In this document: positions 35,632 through 45,799 of the stretch, one piece after another
Layout of the letters: each line of letters starts with the position of its first letter
Numbering within the stretch: the first letter of the stretch is position 1
NCBI RefSeq assembly: GCF_000143415.4
Contig: NW_003314299.1
Span: 1,614,559 to 1,678,558 of the forward strand
From: Selaginella moellendorffii
Lineage: Eukaryota > Plantae > Lycopodiophyta
Direction: 5' to 3'
DNA length: 64,000 bases
The notes under the pieces: generated by a model
What the model was told of the DNA's origin: nothing
Database searches by the model: none
The model's input: the letters and a program-made list of their open reading frames with translations, nothing else
Position numbers and translations under genes: made by a program

Positions 35632-38600
35632 ATGCGCCGTTCGCAGTACGAGTACCAGAAATTGCTTGAGGAGAGACAACAAGAAGCCGAGAGAAGAGAA
35701 GCACAAAGGTTATTCCGGGAGGAGAGGTATCGTAGGAGACAAGGCCCTACACCCACTCCGGAGACAAGCCCAAGACCAAGCCGAGAGACATCTCCGGTTG
35801 GATCATCTAGAGAAGAACAAGAAGAAGAAGAAGAAGAGCAAGAGGAGGTTGTGATATCACCTCCTACACCACCACCATCACCACCACAAGCACAAGGACA
35901 AGGTCAGCAACAACAACAACAACCACCACAAGCAATGGCAACCGCGACAACAAAGATGAAATACTCTACCTTCACGGGAGTTGGAGATCCAGACGCTCAC
36001 GTGATGGCATTTGAGAACACCACTACAGCAAATGATGAAGCTGGAGCCGTGGAAAGGAGGAAGCTATTTCCTGCTACCCTTCTTGGAGTGGCGGCGGAGT
36101 GGATGACCACTATTCCGGCAGGAGCTGATTGGGTAGCGTTTCGAGCAGCGTTCCTAACAGCGTTTCGACCTGTTGGATTCAATCAATGGATCATGGATAG
36201 CCTCTATGATTTCCAAATGTTGCCCGGAGAGAGCTTACAAAGTTATACCTTGCGATTCAAAGGTCTCTTGCTCAAGAGAACTCCACAACCTACGGCAGAA
36301 GAGCGAGTGAGATACTTTGTGGGAGGTCTTCCCCTCCCTTTGAAGATTCACGTGAAGTGCCAAAGCCCAGCGGACTTGAATACCGCAATAGCTTTTGCTG
36401 GGAATTGGGAACAAGCCCATCTTGGAGTGAATCGTCAAATGATGAGCTCGGGAAGTTCATCGGCCAATCCTATGGCCAACATGGCTACGACGAATCCAGC
36501 CATGTATTCAACAAGTGGACTCCACGGAGGAGTTGCACCTGCGGGAATGGGAACTATGGACTATACAAAGATGGCATACTCAACGGTACCTGGTCAAGTT
36601 CCTTCTCCCATGATGCAGCAGCAAATGCCTTATGGCATTTATCAACAATCACCGGTTCCGGATGTGAAAGCTGAAGTACAAGCCGAAGTGAAGAAAGCAC
36701 AAGAAAGTTTGGTGGAAACCCTTACTCAGAAGATGTCGGACCTCCAGCTCAATTGGATTAAGGGAGTCCAAAGCCCCGGACGACAGCAGAAGACCAGGGA
36801 CAACATTTGGTGTGTTCGTTGCCGAAGTTACGGGCATTATCCCAACGAATGCCCGCAAGATGCTATACCTCGTTGCAAGCATTGCAAGCGAGCGAATCAT
36901 AGATCAGAAGATTGCCACTATAAGCCGGGGAATCAGGTTCAAGCAGCTTACATCCATGCTACACCAGGAGGAATGCCTCAGCAGCAACAACTCCACATGC
37001 TTCCTCAACCGTACTCTCCACCGGTTACTTATGCTCCAGTTTATACGGGTGAGATGGTCCCAGTTTATGCTGCGGGGGTTACAGGAGGAGGAAGGGGTCG
37101 AGCACCACCAAGGAGAGGTCCTATGACATGCTACAACTGTGGAGAAGTGGGCCATATTTCTCCAAATTGCCCTCATCCGCGAAAGCAAATTGGTTATCAA
37201 CCAATTTGTGGCATTTGCCAAACTCAGGGGCTTCACGAGCAAGCAAACTGCCCTCACAAGCTTCAGAAAACCAGAGCCAAGAACGTGGTTGACTCTCAGG
37301 CTGTTTTCGTTCAGCCGATCAGCTGGAATGAGCACTACACAGCAAATGCCCAAGCTTATGCAATTGATCCCACTGGGCAAATGCTGCAGCCAAGCGTGTT
37401 CAACGCACAACAAACAGCTGAGGGAAGATATGCAGCAGATGTCTACACTGATGTTGAACCAGAGGAGGAATACAGGAAGCTGCAGCAGCAAAAGAATCAG
37501 CACCAGCTTCGACGAGGGGATAGTAGCCGAGTTACAACCATCACAGGGAATGCCCAGATTGGCGGGAGCCCTAATTTTCAAAAATCGAATTTTGAATTAA
37601 GGGGAAAACAAAGTATGGAGCAATCGGGAGGAATTCACCTTGGAGCTGGGGAGATGGAAGCCGATCGCCCTTGCCTGAACGTGGCCACACGCTCACAAGT
37701 AGTGCAGCAGCAGCAGAATGCAGGAGGCGTTCAATCTTGTGCTCCAGGGGAGTACGTGGATGATCCAGAGGCGATTGTACGCAGGTTCCGGAGGCGCCTC
37801 AAGGAGCAGGAAGTGGGAATGGAGAACAAACCAGCGCTGCACCGTGCATTCGAATCAACGCCGCCAGCACACGCGAAGAATTCAGAATTACTCAGGAACC
37901 CTAATTTTGGAATTAGGGATGTGGTGGCCGAGCAGCGAAGGGGCGCGGAGGTAAAGGCGGCAGCGGATGCGGGTTCATCCGCCAAGCCCCTGGAAGGAAG
38001 CGCCACGGCACTTGGTGGAACGGCGCTAAAGAGTGCCATCGGCTCACAAACAGGGCATCTGCAGCAAGCGAGTGGTGAGCGAAGGATGGAGTGTGGCAAG
38101 GCAAGTGCTGAGGAAGGCGTGAGAGATCCCGAGGCCGGGCTATCAAGGAAGAAGGGGCGCAGATACAAGCGTGTGCCGAACTTGCAGCCCCCACCGTACG
38201 ACGTTCTCGCTGATTTAAAGAATCAGAAGCCGAGTATCAGTTTTGCTCAGCTTCTAGCTTTGGCACCGGGTTTGAGGAAGGCTATTTCCACAGCCATGCA
38301 GGCACACAAAGAGGCGGTGGTGAACTCTGCCTGGCCTGTCATAGCGGATATGAGTTCTCCCTGCGTGGATGTGGAGATTCAGGGGGAACTCATACGTGGT
38401 TGCACGCTCGATGGAGGAAGCGGTGTAAACATCATGCCACTGGAAACGTGGAGAAGGTTTGAGCTTCCCACGCCTGTGCCAGTTCATTTTGCTGTCCGGA
38501 TGGCCGATCAACGGAGAGTTCAGCCCGTGGGAATTGTTTCGGGTGTGAAAACCTGGATCGCAGGAGTAAACTTCTTCATTGATTTCGTGGTCCTCAAAAT

Positions 38601-39003
38601 GAAGGAGGGAGCAGGTCTCAACTACCCGTTGTTGCTGGGCCGGCCCTGGCTGCTTCAAGCATCAGCTGAGCATAACTGGGGAACGGGGGTGCTGACCATC
38701 GGGGATGGGAACTTCCGAATTCCAATCCAAGTGCATGTCAGGCCGGGATATAAGCGGGAAAAACCAGTAGCTGTGGAACCAGAAGATGGAGACTCCGATA
38801 CTACATCTGAATCCACTGAGGAGGATGTGTTTCAAGAGGAGGTGTCGGAAGAGGAGATGCCCGGTGTGGAGCTCCAGCAGCTCGTGGCTGAGGAGAACGT
38901 TTCTGAGAATGGAGCTGATGAAGAGCTGCAGCTGGTCATACCCGATCACCACTCAACGGTGAGCAGTCAAGATCTTCTTCAGCGGCTGGGAGCTTCTTCC
39001 TAG
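35632..39003 (+). CDS. gag: Gag-protease ORF1 (capsid, up to four Zn knuckles, aspartic protease)
   Basis: Open for over 1100 codons; FTGVGDPDAHV capsid; CVRC..H..C, CKHC..H..C, CYNC..H..C and a variant CGIC..H..C; protease TLDGGSG...LLGRPWL. Confidence 0.9.
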   Translation: MRRSQYEYQKLLEERQQEAERREAQRLFREERYRRRQGPTPTPETSPRPSRETSPVGSSREEQEEEEEEQEEVVISPPTPPPSPPQAQGQGQQQQQQPPQAMATATTKMKYSTFTGVGDPDAHVMAFENTTTANDEAGAVERRKLFPATLLGVAAEWMTTIPAGADWVAFRAAFLTAFRPVGFNQWIMDSLYDFQMLPGESLQSYTLRFKGLLLKRTPQPTAEERVRYFVGGLPLPLKIHVKCQSPADLNTAIAFAGNWEQAHLGVNRQMMSSGSSSANPMANMATTNPAMYSTSGLHGGVAPAGMGTMDYTKMAYSTVPGQVPSPMMQQQMPYGIYQQSPVPDVKAEVQAEVKKAQESLVETLTQKMSDLQLNWIKGVQSPGRQQKTRDNIWCVRCRSYGHYPNECPQDAIPRCKHCKRANHRSEDCHYKPGNQVQAAYIHATPGGMPQQQQLHMLPQPYSPPVTYAPVYTGEMVPVYAAGVTGGGRGRAPPRRGPMTCYNCGEVGHISPNCPHPRKQIGYQPICGICQTQGLHEQANCPHKLQKTRAKNVVDSQAVFVQPISWNEHYTANAQAYAIDPTGQMLQPSVFNAQQTAEGRYAADVYTDVEPEEEYRKLQQQKNQHQLRRGDSSRVTTITGNAQIGGSPNFQKSNFELRGKQSMEQSGGIHLGAGEMEADRPCLNVATRSQVVQQQQNAGGVQSCAPGEYVDDPEAIVRRFRRRLKEQEVGMENKPALHRAFESTPPAHAKNSELLRNPNFGIRDVVAEQRRGAEVKAAADAGSSAKPLEGSATALGGTALKSAIGSQTGHLQQASGERRMECGKASAEEGVRDPEAGLSRKKGRRYKRVPNLQPPPYDVLADLKNQKPSISFAQLLALAPGLRKAISTAMQAHKEAVVNSAWPVIADMSSPCVDVEIQGELIRGCTLDGGSGVNIMPLETWRRFELPTPVPVHFAVRMADQRRVQPVGIVSGVKTWIAGVNFFIDFVVLKMKEGAGLNYPLLLGRPWLLQASAEHNWGTGVLTIGDGNFRIPIQVHVRPGYKREKPVAVEPEDGDSDTTSESTEEDVFQEEVSEEEMPGVELQQLVAEENVSENGADEELQLVIPDHHSTVSSQDLLQRLGASS

Positions 39004-39015
39004 GTTCCTTTCCTT

Positions 39016-42000
39016 ATGATCCAAGCGGAGATACTTCCTTTTCCTCCTAACGTTCGGGGAGATCCTGCGCTGGATGCTTCACTGTTTACCATGGGGTACG
39101 TGAAGGGCCTCGATTGTTTGATGTTGGTGGATCCTGGAGCGCTGCAGAGCTTCATCACCATTGACTTTGCTGTAGCAGCTCGGCTGCGGATCACCATCAC
39201 TGAGCAGGACCAAGTGGCCGTATGTGCTGATGGGGACGTTTTTCCCATTTACGGCAAGGTGGAGGATGTATTTCTCTTCCTCGGCAACCAACGCTTCATC
39301 GTGAACCTGTTGGTGATTAAGCGACCAGGAGACATTGCTGTTGTCCTTGGATCAGACTGGCTGAGGACTACTAGTGCTGAGATGAACTACTTGCACGAGA
39401 CTGTGGTCACAACAGATGAATTCGGACAGCGGAGCAGGCTGTACCTTTTTCGAAGAGGAGAGCTTGATCCCCCTTGCTACATGCTCCGAGTGATCACATT
39501 GCCTTCGGCTCAAGTGGTGGACGTTCGCTTGGTGGATGTGGGGACCCTCCGAGCTCAGGTTTTGCATGAGGTGCAGACCTGCTTCATGACTGCTGCGGTG
39601 GCCGAGGAGTATGATGTGCAGGAGTTCGGCTTTCCAGGCCTGCTGTTGGAGATACTTCCTGGAGTTTACCACCAGGTTCGTGGATTCATCCCTACAGTTG
39701 CTCTGATCGTGGGAGAGTTTCTGGTCACCACCCGGTTCCTGGTGCTGCAACTGGACAAGCTGGAGGAAGCCGAGGAACATCTGTTTCTCGGTCAGGAGTT
39801 GCTCCAGAAAGTTGAGGACCTGGTGGAGGATGTGCCTCTCGTTGTGGAGTGCAACGCTGTGGAGGTTTCAAGACTCCAGTCGGTGGAGTACGACCCCGAA
39901 CTCGACAACTTTCCAGCTCGTTTTTTCCACAGTCGTGAAGCCGAGTTGAAGATCAGAGAGGTTCCAGCTGGGATAGAGGTGAACTCCTCTCCTTCTGAAC
40001 CTGATTTCCTCACTTCCCCACTCTGTGTTCCCCTTCTCGTTGAGTTTAATGGAAATTCTGAGAGGAGGGAACTGCAGGTGGGAGCTCAGCTTTCACCAGA
40101 TGCCAGAGAACTCTTCCATCAGCTCTTCCTCGAGTTCCGCGACATCCTTGCGTGGAGCTACGACGAGCTGAAAGGCGTGGATTCCGAAATCGCTCAACAT
40201 CGAATTCGCCTGGTTGACGGTGCTATTCCTCGTCGCCAGCGAGCCTACCGCCTCAACCCGCGCTATGCAAAGGTAGTGAAGGAGGACATCGACAAACTTC
40301 AAGCTGCCGGCTTCATTGAGGAGGTGGAGGGGAGCGAGTGGGTCTCTCCCATTGTGGTGGTGCCAAAGAAGAACGGGAAGCTCCGAGTGTGTGTGGACTA
40401 CCGCAAGCTCAACGAGGCGACAGTGAAGGATGCTTTTCCACTTCCTTTTACTGATAATGTGCTGGACACTGTAGCAGGCCATGACCTTTATTCTTTCCTC
40501 GACGGGTTCAGTGGATACAACCAGGTTACCATCTTTCCGGGTGACCAGGAGAAAACCACTTTCATCACTGAGTGGGGTTGTTTTATTTACAGGGTGATGC
40601 CTTTTGGGCTGTGCAATGCCCCGGCGACATTTCAAAGAGTGATGACAGCAGCATTTCGGCAAATGCTCCACGACTTTCTCGAGATTTTTCTCGATGACTT
40701 TAGCGTGTTCAGTGATGTATCCACTCATTTGAATAAGCTTAGACTTTGTTTTGAGCAATGTCGCAAGTATGGCATCTCCCTAAATCCACTTAAATGCACC
40801 TTCGGAGTTACTCATGGTATTTTGCTCGGCCGAGTAGTATCTTCTCAAGGTTTGAGCATTGACCCGGCTAAGATTCGAGTGATTCAAGAGTTGGAGGCAC
40901 CCGTGAACATGAAGGACATTCAAGCCTTCCTTGGACATGTCGGATATCACCGGAGGTTCATCAACAAATTCTCCGAGAAGGCATTGCCTTTGACCAACTT
41001 GTTGAAGAAGGGAGTGGAATTCCGATGGAGTTCGAAGTGCCAACAAGCTTTTGAGGAGTTGAAGGAGTGTTTGGTGAAAGCTCCGATATTGGTTCCTCCT
41101 AACTGGGATAAACCATTCCATGTTCACGTGGATGCTTCGGCCTATGCTATTGGTGCGGTTTTATGCCAACCGGAAGGTGGAATGGATCACCCGGTTTTCT
41201 ATACTTCCCGTCAACTCTCGTTGGCTGAGAGGAATTATTCTGCGACAGACCGTGAAGGACTGGGCATGGTCTTTGCGGTACAGAAGTTCCGCCATTATCT
41301 ACTTGGCCAGAAGTTCATCTTCTACGTTGATCATCAAGCACTTAAGTATTTGATACTTAAGCCTTGCCGAACTGGGAGGATTTCGAGATGGTTACTTCTC
41401 CTTCAAGAGTTCGATTTCGAAGTGGTGTTACGACCAGGAAAGGCTCACGTGATGGCTGACCATCTCTCCAGAGTTCGAGCCCAACCCTCTATGGAAGATA
41501 TTCCTGACGACCTGGGAGATGCTGCTCTCTTCGGAGTTGCGGCCTTTGCAGTGGAAGCCATACCAGACTGGTACTTTGGCATTGCTACTTACCTTTCTTC
41601 GGGAGATTTTCCAGACAACTTGAGAGGCCCGGAAAGGAAAAGGCTTGTTCTTCAAGCAAGAGCGTATACACTTATAGCTGGACAACTATATAAGGTGGGA
41701 CGTGATAACGTTTTACGACGGTGCATTCTTCCACATGAAGTGGAAACCATTGTGGCTTCATGCCACGATAGTCCATATGCTGGGCATTTTGGGGCAGCAG
41801 CTACAGCAAGGTTAGTGCTTCAAGCAGGCTATTGGTGGCCTACTATATACCGAGATACCGCAAGGTACGTGCGAAGTTGTGATCCATGCCAGAGAAGTGG
41901 AAGACCTACCCGGAGGGACTTGATGCCGTTGACACCCATTATTCCAGTTCTTCCATTTGAGAAGTGGGGAATCGATTTTATGGGGCCACTCCCCACAACT

Positions 42001-42921
42001 CGGCATACTTATTGCCGCTACATCTTGGTGTGCACCGATTACGTGACCAAGTGGGCTGAAGCAAAAGCCTTGAAGGAGGACACAGGAGCTCGAGTGGCTG
42101 AGTTCCTATACGAGAACATTATCACACGGTTCGGGTGCCCATTGGAGCTGGTTAGTGATCGGGGTACACATTTCCTCAATGAGGTGATCGAAGAGTTGGT
42201 GAGGAAGTATGCTATTTCCCACCGGAAATCTACCCCTTATCATCCTCGAGCCAACGGGCAGGTGGAGAGAACCAACAAGACTCTGTGTGAGATCATGGCC
42301 AAGATCACCAATGCCAACCGAACCGATTGGGATAAGCGGTTGCTCGACGCTCTTTGGGCTTATCGTGTTGCCTATAAGGTAACTACTCATGCTTCACCTT
42401 TTCAATTGGTCTACGGACAAGAAGCGGTGTTGCCATTGGAGCTTGAGATTCCTTCCATGCGGATGGCGGTGGAACACGCAATGGATTGGGATGGAGCTCT
42501 TCAAGCTAGGTTGGAGCAGCTTGATAAGTTGGACGAGCGACGTCAACTTGCTTTCCAAACTCGGGAAGCTATCCAGAAAAGAAGGAAGGCATGGTATGAC
42601 CGATTCCTTCGTCTCAAGCTCTTCAACAAGGGTGACCTAGTACTTCTCTACGAGAGTAAGTATTGGAAGCGACCTGGCAAACTTCGAGTTCGCTGGATTG
42701 GACCATATCGAGTGGAAGCTGTGTTTCCAAACGGCTCGGTGCAACTCAAGGATATGGAAGGAACTTCTCTTTCTACTCGCGTGAACGGGTCTCGCCTACG
42801 GAAGTACTACCCGCCGGAGACATTTTATCCATCTCAAGGGAGTGAGGAGGAGAGTGCTCCGGGACGTAGCACTATTGGAGGGGGGGTGATGTCGCACCCC
42901 AAAAATGGCCTAAATACTTAG
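39016..42921 (+). CDS. pol: Pol ORF2 (second protease, RT, RNase H, integrase), 1301 aa
   Basis: LVDPGA...VLGSDWL, VCVDYRKLN, FLDD, VDASAYAIG, HHCC zinc finger, GIDFMG/SDRG/GQVE, WIGPY; stop lies inside the 3' LTR. Confidence 0.95.
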   Translation: MIQAEILPFPPNVRGDPALDASLFTMGYVKGLDCLMLVDPGALQSFITIDFAVAARLRITITEQDQVAVCADGDVFPIYGKVEDVFLFLGNQRFIVNLLVIKRPGDIAVVLGSDWLRTTSAEMNYLHETVVTTDEFGQRSRLYLFRRGELDPPCYMLRVITLPSAQVVDVRLVDVGTLRAQVLHEVQTCFMTAAVAEEYDVQEFGFPGLLLEILPGVYHQVRGFIPTVALIVGEFLVTTRFLVLQLDKLEEAEEHLFLGQELLQKVEDLVEDVPLVVECNAVEVSRLQSVEYDPELDNFPARFFHSREAELKIREVPAGIEVNSSPSEPDFLTSPLCVPLLVEFNGNSERRELQVGAQLSPDARELFHQLFLEFRDILAWSYDELKGVDSEIAQHRIRLVDGAIPRRQRAYRLNPRYAKVVKEDIDKLQAAGFIEEVEGSEWVSPIVVVPKKNGKLRVCVDYRKLNEATVKDAFPLPFTDNVLDTVAGHDLYSFLDGFSGYNQVTIFPGDQEKTTFITEWGCFIYRVMPFGLCNAPATFQRVMTAAFRQMLHDFLEIFLDDFSVFSDVSTHLNKLRLCFEQCRKYGISLNPLKCTFGVTHGILLGRVVSSQGLSIDPAKIRVIQELEAPVNMKDIQAFLGHVGYHRRFINKFSEKALPLTNLLKKGVEFRWSSKCQQAFEELKECLVKAPILVPPNWDKPFHVHVDASAYAIGAVLCQPEGGMDHPVFYTSRQLSLAERNYSATDREGLGMVFAVQKFRHYLLGQKFIFYVDHQALKYLILKPCRTGRISRWLLLLQEFDFEVVLRPGKAHVMADHLSRVRAQPSMEDIPDDLGDAALFGVAAFAVEAIPDWYFGIATYLSSGDFPDNLRGPERKRLVLQARAYTLIAGQLYKVGRDNVLRRCILPHEVETIVASCHDSPYAGHFGAAATARLVLQAGYWWPTIYRDTARYVRSCDPCQRSGRPTRRDLMPLTPIIPVLPFEKWGIDFMGPLPTTRHTYCRYILVCTDYVTKWAEAKALKEDTGARVAEFLYENIITRFGCPLELVSDRGTHFLNEVIEELVRKYAISHRKSTPYHPRANGQVERTNKTLCEIMAKITNANRTDWDKRLLDALWAYRVAYKVTTHASPFQLVYGQEAVLPLELEIPSMRMAVEHAMDWDGALQARLEQLDKLDERRQLAFQTREAIQKRRKAWYDRFLRLKLFNKGDLVLLYESKYWKRPGKLRVRWIGPYRVEAVFPNGSVQLKDMEGTSLSTRVNGSRLRKYYPPETFYPSQGSEEESAPGRSTIGGGVMSHPKNGLNT

Positions 42922-45799
42922 CTTGGGCTAAGGTTGAGCCTAAGTGGTGAGTTTGGGCTTAAGGTTAGTACTAATCCTTGGGTTAGGGCTAAACCTTGGG
43001 TTTAGACCATCCTTAGGTGGCACCCCTTCGACACTTCATCAATCTCCACCAAGGGTCACTGAGTCTCCGCCACCTCAGTGATCCATAAGTCACATCCCTT
43101 ACTTTGTTGACACAAGGTTCCAAGGGATGCCTCCTTTGGACACATCACTGATCCTCGACTCAAGGGTCGCAACCCTTCCTTGTGTTTATATACTCACATC
43201 AATTCAATGCAATCCATCCTACCTTTTGGCAAAGCAGTGTGTGCTACTTTCCAAGTGGAAAGATCCTTGGGTTCTAGACTAGTAGTGTTGGGGCTTGGGG
43301 TTTTCCTTTCGAGCTTCAGCGGCGGAAGCGTGTGATGGATCCAAGCCAGTTCCTGGTTGCTGAAGCTACCTCCTTTGTGGTCCCAGCAGCATTACAGGAT
43401 GTTGCGGTGTACCTGGATTCAGGTCAGTTCCCAGCAGATTCCTCACCAGTACAACAAAAAGCATTGGAGATCCGAGCACGGGGGTTTTGCCTTCTTGACG
43501 GACACCTTTACAGGAGGACTTCTCAGGAAGTTTTGTTGCGGTGTGTGGGGGAACACGAGGTCCCTGAGCTCCTTCGCGCTTTCCACTCTTGTGCGGGGCA
43601 TTTCTCAGGACGGGTTACAGCACAGCTCCTCTTGCGCCATGGCTACTTTTGGCCTTAGATTCATCAGGACAGCTTGGCCTATGCAAAGTCATGTGAGCAG
43701 TGCCAACGGTTCAACCCCCAGAGCCATGTTCCACGTCTTCCTTTTCAGCTCATCACTTCTCCAGGTCCCTTTTTCCAGTGGGGACTTGACTTCGTTGGCC
43801 CGATCAACCCACCGAGCTCAAAAGGACAGCGATACATCATCGTGGCGACGGACTATTTCACAAAATGGGTCGAGGCCACCCCTTTGCGACAGGCAGATCA
43901 GCAGTCTACAGCAAAGTTTGTCTACGAGTACATCATTTGCCGATTTGGAGTTCCTACTGTTTTGGTTTCTGATCGTGGCAGCGGCTTCCTTGGACAGGTG
44001 ATGCAGCATCTTCTCCAGCAACTGCAGGTCAAGCACGTGAAAAGCAGCAGCTATTATCCGGAGTGCAATGGCCAGGCAGAGTCCAGCAACAAAATATTAA
44101 AGACAGTCATCTCAAAGCTTGTGGAGGATCACCCAAGGTGTTAGCACGAGCACTTGGTTACGGCGTTGTGGGCCTTTCGGACGTCCTTCAAGACATCCAT
44201 CTTTGCGACCCCATTCTCCCTTGTCTATGGGACAGAGGCCATGCTCCCAGTGGAGATCCAGGTGCCATCACTCTCACTTTCACTTCGATACGCAGCAGCG
44301 ATGCAGCTTAGCGATGAGGACAAGCTTCATGCACGTGACTTGGAGGTTCTTGCCTTAGAAGAACAGCGACGATCCACGACTGAACATCTCCTTCGAGGCA
44401 AGCAGAAGATCAAGTCGGTCATCGATCACCAGCGGTCTGCTGAACCATTCGAGGATGGCGATCTCGTTCTACTCAAGGAGTTCACGCCACCTTTGAAATT
44501 CTCCCCTCGCTGGACCGGCCCCTACTTTGTCCAGCGACACATTAGAGGTGGAGCATACGTGCTAGTTGATGCTGAGGGATGTGAGCTCCCACACGCTCAC
44601 AATCACTCTCATCTCAAACGCTTCATCCAGTGAGGTGTTCCTCTTCTCTTCTTTTTCTTTTTCTTTCTAAGCTCTATTTCGTTAAAGTGGGATTTATTCA
44701 GTAAAATGGGACTAGATACAAATTTTCAAGTATTTGAAAATGACGTGAAATTATATGTTTTTTGTCCAGGGGCTAGACATATCTGGGGCATGGTGACTAG
44801 CGCGGTGACTTTATGTCCAGACTGAGTCCATCTGGTTGTATAATAAATCTCATTGTCAAGGTGAACAAGCCGAATCTGAAGCTAAAGAAGAGCGATGGCA
44901 TGCGCGCACACACTTTTTGTTTGTTCATTGAGCGTGTGGTGAGCTTTCCAAGATGAACGTCATTCCTATTAGCCAGACATATAACTTAATGGTGAGAACA
45001 TTTAGATATTATTCAATGTTATCTTTTTCTAACGAATCTAATTGTGAAGGTGTAGCAAGAGGCATTGCTAGTTTGGAGAAGTCATTTAACTCATTTGACC
45101 CTTGAAATTTTCATGAAACTAAATAACATTCATATTATTAAGGAATTTCTCTAGTACCTTTTTTTTACGACATAGAGGCTTGCATTTCTTTCAAAGGTGA
45201 TTTAGTAAAAGGCCTGAGGGCACATGCCATTCTATTTCTCAGACCGGTATTAAGATATACTAGTGCAAAGGGAAAAAGGTATTTGGTGATCAAGTAAATG
45301 GCATGAGGGCACATGCCATTATAAGCCTAAGCGCTAGTGGACACCTCCTTTTTGGTACTCTCAGCGGTACTATCATCCTTCTCCGGGTCAGTTGTTTTGC
45401 TTTGGATTGTTGTCTCTGATGTTATTGGGGCGTTCTCGATAATTGTTAATGTTGCCGTTTGTTCAGAAAAATGATCACCTGGAGTATAGTACGGGGAGTT
45501 TGGAAGACTTATATATTCTACATCTTCACCTATCTCCTTCTCCGTCTCCTTTTCGGCCTCACTTACAGATTTTGTGCTTGCCATGAGAACGCTCTTCACC
45601 CTAAAATATGGAGTTCGTTGTGTTATAAAAGGAAACCAACACACACGCTGCAAGGGAATGATGGTACATAAAGCACGTAAGCCCACAATATGGGTTTATG
45701 TGCCATTAATATGGGCCACATGCCATATTATTAGATTTATGCACGTGTGATTGGTAAATGCATATGTCACATCATCTTTGTTTTACCTCACACACTATA

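Larger units (their letters stand above)
35085..43318 (+). mobile_element. Complete, very young non-chromovirus Ty3/Gypsy retrotransposon (8234 bp)
   Basis: 429-bp LTRs 35085-35513 and 42890-43318 with one mismatch seen (35396 C vs 43201 A); TSD GCGGC; PBS TGGTGCACTGTCCGGGAA (tRNA-Gly-like); PPT GGAGGGGGGG before 42890. Confidence 0.97.
28928..44666 (+). mobile_element. Tat-like Ty3/Gypsy element with archaeal-type RNase H; decayed, 3' LTR missing, interrupted at 35084
   Basis: 5' LTR TGTT...AACA 28928-29114; tRNA-Trp PBS TGGTGAACCCGGCGTGA 29117-29133; gag 30464-31999; protease LVDSGSG; aRH YFDGAF...NEAEY...GDAQLI...ADRLS (about 33190-33580); RT YMDD; RH; integrase 43324-44633. Confidence 0.88.

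Noticed and set aside
45327-45686. 119-aa ORF inside the DNA transposon as a third gene
   Set aside because: Low-complexity S/T/E-rich sequence with no recognisable domain; it could be an alternative exon but is unsupported.
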